DNA of 64,000 nt. Source: Longimicrobiales bacterium. GTDB taxonomy: Bacteria; Gemmatimonadota; Gemmatimonadetes; Longimicrobiales; Gaopeijiaceae. Positions 28,601 through 35,668 of the stretch are shown piece by piece. The position numbers were made by a program, and so were the translations under genes. Every line of letters starts with the position of its first letter. The stretch's first letter is position 1. The DNA lies in assembly GCA_965202805.1 (NCBI GenBank), contig OZ241869.1, positions 1,440,001 to 1,504,000 of the forward strand. Reading direction: 5' to 3'. The notes under the pieces are model-generated. The model made no database searches and was not told the origin of the DNA. It saw only the letters and a list, made by a program, of their open reading frames with translations.

Positions 28601-31600
28601 AGAACCAGCCCGCCCGGTACGGCCAGGTGACGCAGGAATGCCCAGCGGTCCGCCTCGATCCGGCCGTCCGAGCCGTGGAGGAGGATGAGTTCGGCGCCGG
28701 CCGGCCGAAGGAGTCCCTGTTCCATGGCCGGCTCAACCGAGGGCTCATGACACTCGAACCGGAGTGCGGCGCTCCGCTGATTGAAGGCTTCGTAGTGAGC
28801 CCGGGTCGCCTCTTCGCTGTCGCCGACGAGCCAGAACTCGGACTGGCAGTCCGACGTAGTCAGATGATCGAGGCACCGCGCCAGGATGGTCTGGCCGGGT
28901 TCGCGGCCTCCGGCGAATTCGATCACATGACAGCTGAGGCCTTCGCCCCATTCGGCCGCCTCCAGAGCGGCGATCAGGGCGGCCGGCTCGATCTCTCCGT
29001 CCGGCAGGATCCCGGCAAGCGACCGGCCATCGGGAATGAACTTCGGCTGCCAGACGATCTCGTGCTTGCTGTTCGGCAGGTCGTTCCATCGTGGATTGGA
29101 GGTGAAATACGTATACTCGCCGATATGCGCCACGAGGTGCCCGGTCTCACTGTCATAGAAGCTGATCGCGCCGGCGGCCCTCTCGCCGCGCTGGACCGAG
29201 TATTGTCCTCTCTCGTTGGCGTCCATCCAGTCCTGAGCGGGCCTCGTCACGTGACAGGTGATGCGGGGGCCGGTGGGCGGACGCAGGAATGTGGTCGCTT
29301 CCGCTCGCTGCGGGATGGCGAAGAGGTGAGAAGCCGTCAGCAGGTGGGAAAGGAAGATCTGCAGCCCGCCATCCAGGAGCGCGGGTGGGCCGGAGACGTA
29401 GCCTTCCTCCCGGCCGGTCCTCCACAGCTCCTCGTCCATCTCGATGTCCACGATCAGGGCCCGGGTGCGGGTATTCTGCCGGAAGTGACGGATGGTCTGG
29501 AAGTACGGCCCGTACTGGAAGGTCTCGCTGAGAACCGCCTCGATGCGCTCGTAGAAGTCGCTCCGCCTGGCGAACACGGTCTCGCAGGAGGAGGTGTCGA
29601 TGTCTTCGAGACGCAACGGAACGCCGACCGGATGATCGGACGCGACCCGCGCGACCCTTCCGCGACAGTGCACCTCGCTTGCGGCGTCGACATCGTAGGG
29701 ACGGGACGAGATAGTAAAGGTGAACTCGTCGGGCGCGTTGGCGACCGGATGCAGCGCGGTCTGCAGGCGCACGGGCTCCGCGGGAATCGGACACGGCTGC
29801 AGGAACTCGAGCACCTCGAAGTGGGCAGGGTCGCCGCCGAGCGTTTCGAGGACCAGCTCGATGTAGGCGGCTGCCGGCATGATCGCGGCGTGATGCACCT
29901 TGTGGTCTGCCAGCCAGGGGAAATCCCTGGCGGAGAGCCGCGCCTCGAAGAGCATGTGGTCGCTCGGCACCTTGTGCCCCACCAGCGGCCCGTGCGAGTA
30001 CTGCCCCTGGCGTACGAAGAACTCGTCGTCGGTCAGGGGGTCGACCGCCGCCTGCTCCTCTCTCGGATGACCGGGCAGCAGATGAGCGATGGGCTGCGGC
30101 CGCGGATACTGCGCCGCGAAATCCAGGGCGACGCCAGCCTGGAACAGCGCGCCAAGTGCCTCCTGAAAGGCCAGCCGGTCGTCGGCATCGCGCATGAGGG
30201 TCGGGACGCACGCCGGAGCCGCGGACGAGCCCTCCAGGCACTGGATGATTACGGATTGAAGAGCGTTGTGGGGTGCGATCTCCAGAAACACATCCGGCTG
30301 GAAATCCCGGACCATGGTGTCGATGGCGCGCGCAAACCGTACGGGTTGCCGGACGTTCGACCACCAGTAGGCGGCGTCGAGCCGCTCGACCGTGCCCCCC
30401 TCCACGGAGGAGATGAAGGGCGCTGTGGTTTCGAAGTCACGTGCGTCCAGGAAGGACAGGGCTTCCAGGGCTTCGTCGCGGATGAGTTCCATGGCGGCGG
30501 AGTGGAACGCGATGTTCCCCGCCAGCAACTGGTTCTGGAGTTTGCGCCGCGCCAGCTCCGCCATCACGGGCTCGAGTGCTGCCTCCTTCCCGCAGACGAC
30601 CACGCTGGCCGGCGCGTTCTCGCAAGCGATCTCAACCGCGGCCGGCCCATCTGCGGGCCGGAACGGTATCTTCAACTCGTCGAGCAATCCCTCCACACCA
30701 GGCAGGTCCAGCCCGATCGCAAGCATGCGCCCGGAACCGGCAGTGCGCTGCTGGAGGGTCGCGCGGTGGTACACCAAGCGGGTCGCTTCCTCCAGCGACA
30801 GCGCCCCCGAGGCGTAGGCAGCGGCGACTTCTCCAGAGCTGTGGCCCACGACGCACTCCGGATACACCCCCCAGGTCTTCAGCAGCTCCAGCAGCGCACA
30901 CTGGATCATGAAGATTACAGGCTGGGCGAGCTGGACTTCATCGAGCGCCTCCTGGGGCGCTGAAAGGCATGCGTCCCGCAACGAGGTGTCGGAGTGTTCT
31001 CGCCAGTGGGCCTCGATGGCATCGACGACGCGCCGGAACACGGGATCCGTGTCGTACAGTCCGCGGCCACATCCGGCCCACTGGGTCCCCTGCCCCGAGA
31101 ACGCCATCGCAATTCGGCGCTCGCTTCCCTCCGCCGTGACGACGGGAGCGGGGTTTGCGATGAACGCGTCCAGCGACTCGATCAGTTGTGCGCGATCCCG
31201 CACCGCGAAGGCGGTACGGGTGGCGAAGTGCGTGCGGCGACGGCCGAGATTGCCGGCCAGCGTAGAGAGGTCCACCCCGTCCTCGCCCAATGTCTTCCGG
31301 AGTTGCTCCGCGCTACGCGTCAGAGCCCCGGCGGTGCGCGCAGAGAGCGGGACCATGAGTCCCGCCCTCAGAGCCGGCGGTGACGACCATTCCCGCGGTC
31401 GCTCGGGACGGTATTCGCGAACCACGCAATGGCCGTTCGCACCGCCGAAGCCGAACGAATTGATGCCGACGACCACGGGCTTTTCCGGGAACGGTTCACA
31501 ATCCGTCTGCACCTGCATGGGGCCACGCTCGAAGTCGATCTCGGGATTCGGAACGACGAAATTCTTCGAGGTCGGCGCGAAGGTGCGGCGCTGCATCATC

Positions 31601-32727
31601 AGCAGGACCTTGAGCAACGCACAGTGGAACGCTGCCGCCTCCATGTGCCCGAGGTTGCTCTTTACGCTCGATAGTCGCAGCGGTACGTCGCGCTCGACGC
31701 CTCCGAAGGCTTCCGCAATGGCATTGCCTTCGATGCGGTCTCCGACCACGGTGCCGGTGGCATGCGCCTCGACATAGTCGAAGTCCCCCGGCGCACGCCC
31801 TGCCCTCGCGGACGCCGTTCGCATCAACGCGACCTGGGCATGCCGGGTGGGCGCGGTGATGTAGCGTCCCTGCGCCAGGCCCTCGCTGCCGTCGGCGGCG
31901 CCGGCCGCGTTGACCGCCGTCGCCTCGATGACGGCATGGATGGGATCCCCGTCCCGCTCGGCCGCCTCAAGCGGCTTGAGGGCGAAGATGAAGGCGCCCT
32001 CCGAACGGATGTAGCCGTTGGCTTCGGCGTCGAAGGAATGGCATCGGCCGTCGGGGCTGATGACACCCAGGGCATTGAATGAAGCGCTCAGCCTGGAGGT
32101 GCCCAGGTAGTTCACGGACCCGACCAGGGCTTTTTCGCAGTCCCCGGAATGGAGCGCGGTCATCGCCCCGTGCAGTGCAGTGAGGCTCGCCGAGCACGCC
32201 GTGCAACTGGTGATGGATGGCCCCATCAGGTTGAAGTGATAGGAGATGCGATTCGCCAGCATGGCAAGACTGATCGTCGTGACGTCGAACGGTCCCGCCC
32301 CGTGCATCGGTCTCCAACTGGCTACCGCGGGCACCTGCGCTCCGATGAAGATGCCGGTGGGACTGTTGCGTAACGAAAGAAAGTCCCAGCCAACGCGCTC
32401 GAAGGTCTCCCAGGAACAGGTCAGAAGCATCCTGACCTGGGGATCCATCGACAGCATCTCGTCCTGGGACAGGCCGAAGAGCTTGGGATCGATCCGCTTT
32501 TCGCCGTCCTCGCGAATCAGGCCCTCGTAGGGGCTCGCGAAGCGGCCCGGACCCGAGAAGCGGCCGATGGGCTGGTAGCCCGGGCCGTACCGGTCCATTA
32601 CGGGCTCCTGGACGATCTCGCGGTTGCTTAGCAGGCGCCAGAAGTCCGCATCCGTGCGGATCCCACCGGGCATCCGATAGCTGTACCCGACGATAGCAAC
32701 CGGAAATCCGGGTGAAATTGCGCTCAC
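25642..32727 (-). CDS. swfA: Mono-modular type I PKS/FAS (KS-AT-DH-pseudoMT-ER-KR-ACP), copy 1
   Basis: KS TACSAS, EAHATGT, GHMEAA; AT GHSSG and AFHS; DH DHKVHHAAIMP; ER LIHSAMGGVG; KR TGGLGGFG, LDD, NYSAAN; ACP GLTS. Start moved to GTG 32727 (GGAGG 5 nt upstream). Confidence 0.92.
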   Translation of the reverse strand: MSAISPGFPVAIVGYSYRMPGGIRTDADFWRLLSNREIVQEPVMDRYGPGYQPIGRFSGPGRFASPYEGLIREDGEKRIDPKLFGLSQDEMLSMDPQVRMLLTCSWETFERVGWDFLSLRNSPTGIFIGAQVPAVASWRPMHGAGPFDVTTISLAMLANRISYHFNLMGPSITSCTACSASLTALHGAMTALHSGDCEKALVGSVNYLGTSRLSASFNALGVISPDGRCHSFDAEANGYIRSEGAFIFALKPLEAAERDGDPIHAVIEATAVNAAGAADGSEGLAQGRYITAPTRHAQVALMRTASARAGRAPGDFDYVEAHATGTVVGDRIEGNAIAEAFGGVERDVPLRLSSVKSNLGHMEAAAFHCALLKVLLMMQRRTFAPTSKNFVVPNPEIDFERGPMQVQTDCEPFPEKPVVVGINSFGFGGANGHCVVREYRPERPREWSSPPALRAGLMVPLSARTAGALTRSAEQLRKTLGEDGVDLSTLAGNLGRRRTHFATRTAFAVRDRAQLIESLDAFIANPAPVVTAEGSERRIAMAFSGQGTQWAGCGRGLYDTDPVFRRVVDAIEAHWREHSDTSLRDACLSAPQEALDEVQLAQPVIFMIQCALLELLKTWGVYPECVVGHSSGEVAAAYASGALSLEEATRLVYHRATLQQRTAGSGRMLAIGLDLPGVEGLLDELKIPFRPADGPAAVEIACENAPASVVVCGKEAALEPVMAELARRKLQNQLLAGNIAFHSAAMELIRDEALEALSFLDARDFETTAPFISSVEGGTVERLDAAYWWSNVRQPVRFARAIDTMVRDFQPDVFLEIAPHNALQSVIIQCLEGSSAAPACVPTLMRDADDRLAFQEALGALFQAGVALDFAAQYPRPQPIAHLLPGHPREEQAAVDPLTDDEFFVRQGQYSHGPLVGHKVPSDHMLFEARLSARDFPWLADHKVHHAAIMPAAAYIELVLETLGGDPAHFEVLEFLQPCPIPAEPVRLQTALHPVANAPDEFTFTISSRPYDVDAASEVHCRGRVARVASDHPVGVPLRLEDIDTSSCETVFARRSDFYERIEAVLSETFQYGPYFQTIRHFRQNTRTRALIVDIEMDEELWRTGREEGYVSGPPALLDGGLQIFLSHLLTASHLFAIPQRAEATTFLRPPTGPRITCHVTRPAQDWMDANERGQYSVQRGERAAGAISFYDSETGHLVAHIGEYTYFTSNPRWNDLPNSKHEIVWQPKFIPDGRSLAGILPDGEIEPAALIAALEAAEWGEGLSCHVIEFAGGREPGQTILARCLDHLTTSDCQSEFWLVGDSEEATRAHYEAFNQRSAALRFECHEPSVEPAMEQGLLRPAGAELILLHGSDGRIEADRWAFLRHLAVPGGLVLVCHDEDDVVEPGGGWTTIRAGRFATLLQAPASYAGESVGDSLPRPRWVLGDPGSWASDWMSLLGAPDEVRRVAHEVVVSGRYDSYEDWAQAVDLRAIDYFCGTDPDDPTGERAAAHFIGFVQALVPARLEQSTDLCRLTVVTRRTVLDAEDPRGSALWGAVRSMAMEIGDEAMIDFRLVDLGESGDLRALARLAGCDLRERELAVRKNRLWAPRMVSIRERYSRLREGEDAPYRLTLDNPGQIAGLEMKTYPLPAVGAADVEIDVGAAALNFRDVMVTLGLLPALAYERSALGHAVGMEGSGIVRRVGSEVRNCRVGDRVAFIAGGCIANRVVVPEYLVFTKPDSLSMEQAASTLSVYVTAYYSLIHLARLRKGQRVLIHSAMGGVGQAAIALAKHVGAEIYTTAGSDAKRKRLKAMGASGAFDSHSHDWYDDLMAATAGQGVDVVLNSLAGRHIELCLKALRPGGWHCEIGKIDIYADNDLGLRIFRKNLRFAAIDVDRLMIDDPHLTRELSETCMDLLGRGALPPLPITVFPYEDYAKALRLMTTGRHQGKLVLEAPRTSVAAGYAVADVRPLFDPDATYLVTGGLGGFGLRLIPYLVAAGARHLTLLDRDPQRRRDAEWVRRSSALVYMDATAEFDIVQGDVAVEEDVQRCIEGIRRPLKGVFHLAGALDDRLLDDMSIESLVRVFAPKAAGALHLHRATAGLDLDHFVLFSSTASMLGNPGQINYSAANGFLDGLAALRHRRGLPCLTYNMPAVGDAGMAARSLPVLRMMRAAGLPPVSSDLAIANLDYALRAMRDRPHLVTCLFERPSWTVDFPDYMRIGRLMHNHDAFEAGSEGELTLEGVVDRIAGKVAELCGHEDGEVDEPLSSFGLTSISVAELGTFIQAEFGYRVSALELMTTASSLSLAEGIISGNDRADEDHAETDSQGSEQASAASRPRAQRVPSVFANAPEDHFTASRSTSPESGGNGSDPLPVPALQGRT

Positions 32728-32764
32728 TCCATCCTCCCGTGCAGCCGGTGGAACGGCCGGCTGC

Positions 32765-32802
32765 ATTCTACGAATGTCGCTTTCTCACCACAAACTGTCG
32801 CA
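32765..32802 (-). promoter_or_regulatory. swfA copy 1 promoter: TTGTGG-N17-TAGAAT overlapped by TGCGACA-N14-AGCGACA
   Basis: Minus strand reads TGCGACA gtTTGTGGtgagaa AGCGACA ttcg TAGAAT. Confidence 0.6.
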
Positions 32803-32951
32803 GCCGTGAGATGGGCGCAACAGAGCACTTCGTGTCCTGGATGCCGCGTAAGCCGGAGGTCTGTCGACGCTGTTGGCGCAGGGCGAAAAGCGTGGCTCCG
32901 ATCGCTCCCGAAGTCGGATGCCGGGAGCCGCCGAAGGCCTGACGCAGAGAG

Positions 32952-33224
32952 TCAGCCCTCGTCCACCACTCGGTGCATGGTCTCGTCGGCGAGTTCGAAC
33001 ATGCCCGCCAGAATCTGTTTGCGCTTCAGCTTCAGCTCTTCGACTCGCCCCCAGAGGACCTTGCGGATCGCCGTGCTGGCGGCGTCGCGCACCTCGGCGG
33101 AGAGAGTGGTGTCGTTCCTGAACTCGTATTTCTCGATCGTGAAATCGGCGATATCCAGAATGTTGTCGCCGACGATGTTGAAATCGACCGAGCTCTTGAC
33201 CGTGATCATTCTATTGTCGCTCAT
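32952..33224 (-). CDS. 90-aa hypothetical protein, copy 1
   Basis: Close paralog at 46725-46997 (NIVGDNILDIADF..EKYEFRNDTTL..KRKQILAGMFELADE); GGAG RBS. Confidence 0.85.
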   Translation of the reverse strand: MSDNRMITVKSSVDFNIVGDNILDIADFTIEKYEFRNDTTLSAEVRDAASTAIRKVLWGRVEELKLKRKQILAGMFELADETMHRVVDEG

Positions 33225-33282
33225 CGGTTTGGTTCTCCGTGAAACGTGTTATGCTCGCGTCCCGATGGTTTCGGACGCCAGG

Positions 33283-33618
33283 TCAGCTCATTGCCCGAAC
33301 CGCGCCGGCCTGGGATCTGTGTACGCCGATCAACTGGTCGAATCCGCTGATGGCAACGACCTCCCGATTCAATTCGGTGAGCGAGCAGAGGGCGAACCTC
33401 CCGCGCGTGAACCTCCTGGCCAGGATCAGGCACACCCGGAGGCCCGCACTACTTATGAATTCGACACGCTCCATGTCCAGAATGAGGGCATCGTCCCCGG
33501 CCCCCAGCCCGCCTTCCACAAGTCCCTGAAAGTCACTCGCGCTCGCGTTGTCTATTCGCCCCAGCACCGAAGCGATCGCGATGCCTCCCTCGCGTCGCCA
33601 CTTCACGTCAACTCTCAT
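33283..33618 (-). CDS. STAS-domain protein (anti-anti-sigma factor type), copy 1
   Basis: GRID, LILDMERVEFISSAGLR, ISGFD; 111 aa; GGAGG RBS. Confidence 0.9.
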   Translation of the reverse strand: MRVDVKWRREGGIAIASVLGRIDNASASDFQGLVEGGLGAGDDALILDMERVEFISSAGLRVCLILARRFTRGRFALCSLTELNREVVAISGFDQLIGVHRSQAGAVRAMS

Positions 33619-33639
33619 CCTGTCCCTCCGTTTGGGATT
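33327..33639. repeat. 313-bp near-identical repeat; partner at 47104-47416
   Basis: By-eye alignment shows one mismatch (33612 C vs 47389 T). Confidence 0.9.
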
Positions 33640-33679
33640 TGGGGGAAACCCGTCACTCGCATGATCTCACCCGACACAC

Positions 33680-33707
33680 TGTCGCATGTTGCACATGAGA
33701 CGTCGTA
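33680..33707 (-). promoter_or_regulatory. TACGACG-N14-TGCGACA direct repeat upstream of STAS copy 1
   Basis: Plus strand TGTCGCA at 33680 and CGTCGTA at 33701; 21-bp period. Confidence 0.55.
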
Positions 33708-33884
33708 ACGCCTGGGAAGGATCGCGCCTCGAGCGCGACGGGACAACCACGGCCCACGCGCTCCGTGGGCGCCAGGCCGATCAATGTCCAGGACGTCGTT
33801 CCATTCCGCCTCCGGCGACGGTTTCCCGATCAATCGCCCCATCGACATTCCGCGAATGCCCGCGCGAGTGCTCCCGCGGGCTGC

Positions 33885-35666
33885 CTAACGCCTCTCAAAC
33901 ACCGGCAGCGCGCCGGATCGCGCACCGCGGACGCTCTCGGCAGGGGTCGTCGAATCGGTGTCCCTGACGGCGGACCGGAAGGACGCCACGGCATCGTCGA
34001 TACCATCGGCATCGAACCGAAAGTCGGCTGGTATCGACCGATAGCGTGAGTCCACGCGGGCCAGTACCGCCTTCCTGCGGCTGTCGACGACGTCCTCATT
34101 CGTCCCCGCACGCGATATCGCGTCGCGGAACCCCTTCAATTCGTCTTCCAGGAAGTCTTCGAACCCCTGGAGCGCAAGCTGCTGACGGGTGAACTTCTCG
34201 AAGTGATGGCCCAGCGCTGCCAGCCGGATGGCCTCCGGAAGCATGGAAGGATGGTCCTTCGACACCTTCGCGATGTACCTGCTGTAGGCGGGGATCTGGC
34301 TCGGCGAAAGCCGCCGGCGCACCGTCATCAGCCCCAGATAAAGCGCGCTCCTGCTCACGGCCGGGGTCACGTGGGGCAGCGGCTTCAGGTGCTTCAGCAA
34401 GGTCAGGCAGCGCTGGAAGTAGTTCTCGAGGGACGGGTCGTAAACCGTGGAGATCACGCGCAGGTAGCCCTTGAGCAATGTGTCGGCATCCATCTCCGGC
34501 ACGAAGTTCAGGGCCGTTGCGCTGGTGCCGACGGGGACGTCCAGGAGCCGGCCTTCCGACTGCAGCCGCGTGTAGAGATCCGTTCCCTTCAGCGCAGTCA
34601 GCAACCCGACCAGCGCCATGGGAATGCCGGCGTCCTGAATGAACTGGATCTGGGCGTCGAAGACCTGCTCATCGTCTCCGTCGAGCCCGAGGATGAACCC
34701 GCCCATCACCTGCATTCCCCTGCGCTGGATCTTTCGGACGGCGTTCAGCAGATAGTCCTGTTCGCGCCTGCTGATGTTCTGCGGTTTCTTCGTGATGGCG
34801 AGCGCCTTCGGGTTCGGAGTCTCGATGCCCAGGAAGACGCCGTTGAAGCCGGCCTCGATCATTGCGTCCATCACCGAGTCCATTCGGGCCAGGTTCACGC
34901 TCGCTTCGGTGAACAGCTGGAAGGGATACCGGTGCGCCCGCTGCCACTCCGCGATCGCCGGCAGCATGTTCAGGGCGTCGCGCTTGTTGCCGATGAAGTT
35001 GTCGTCGACCAGAAACACATAGCCTCGCCAGCCCAGCCGATAGAGAGCCTCGAATTCCTCGACCATCTGTTCCGGCGACTTGGTCCGGGGCACGCGGCCA
35101 TAGAGCTTGGTAATGTCACAGAACTCACAGTCGAACGGGCAGCCGCGCGAGAACTGCACGCACATCGCGTGATAGGCCCCGAGGTCGATGAGGTCGAAGC
35201 GCGGGACGGGCGTCCGCGTGACATCGGGCTTTCGCGGCTCGCGATAGATGGTTCGTGCCCTGCCTTCCTCGAGATCCCGCAGGAACCGGGGGAAGGTTTC
35301 CTCCGCTTCGTCGAGCACGAAGTAGTCGACTCCCGCGATCTCCTGATGGAATGATGTCGGATAGGGCCCTCCCGCGACCACGGGAACGCCGGCGCGGTTG
35401 CAGCGCTCGATCACCTTCCGCAGGGACTCCCTCTGCACGATCATGGTCGACGTAAACACCATGTCGGCCCAATCCAGATCGGAGTCCCCCAGGTCCGACA
35501 CATTCATGTCGACGACCCGAAGATCGTATTCCGGGGGAAACATCGACGCGACGGTCAGGAGTCCGAGCGGGGGAAAGGCCGCTTTCACGCCGAGCATCTC
35601 CAGGGCGTAGTTGATTCCCCAGTAGGAGGGCGGATAGTCGGGGTAGACCAGCAGGGCATTGCGCAT
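33885..35666 (-). CDS. swfC: B12-binding radical SAM enzyme, copy 2
   Basis: Start MRNALLVYP at 35666 (GGAGG RBS); RGCPFDCEFC; paralog of 23852-25645. Confidence 0.88.
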   Translation of the reverse strand: MRNALLVYPDYPPSYWGINYALEMLGVKAAFPPLGLLTVASMFPPEYDLRVVDMNVSDLGDSDLDWADMVFTSTMIVQRESLRKVIERCNRAGVPVVAGGPYPTSFHQEIAGVDYFVLDEAEETFPRFLRDLEEGRARTIYREPRKPDVTRTPVPRFDLIDLGAYHAMCVQFSRGCPFDCEFCDITKLYGRVPRTKSPEQMVEEFEALYRLGWRGYVFLVDDNFIGNKRDALNMLPAIAEWQRAHRYPFQLFTEASVNLARMDSVMDAMIEAGFNGVFLGIETPNPKALAITKKPQNISRREQDYLLNAVRKIQRRGMQVMGGFILGLDGDDEQVFDAQIQFIQDAGIPMALVGLLTALKGTDLYTRLQSEGRLLDVPVGTSATALNFVPEMDADTLLKGYLRVISTVYDPSLENYFQRCLTLLKHLKPLPHVTPAVSRSALYLGLMTVRRRLSPSQIPAYSRYIAKVSKDHPSMLPEAIRLAALGHHFEKFTRQQLALQGFEDFLEDELKGFRDAISRAGTNEDVVDSRRKAVLARVDSRYRSIPADFRFDADGIDDAVASFRSAVRDTDSTTPAESVRGARSGALPVFERR

Positions 35667-35668
35667 GA

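Noticed and set aside
26368..30963. 1531-aa plus-strand ORF, and similar ORFs at 38440-41175 and 42280-43905
   Set aside because: Antisense shadows of the PKS genes, expected in high-GC DNA; no motifs.
32727..32766. ATG 32766 as the swfA copy 1 start
   Set aside because: It overlaps the putative -10 box (TAGAAT) and lacks an RBS; GTG 32727 has GGAGG and matches the paralog's N-terminal length.
33858..33881. Hairpin GCCCGCG-N10-CGCGGGC after swfC copy 2 as a terminator
   Set aside because: Short GC-only stem without a U-tract; common by chance at this GC content.
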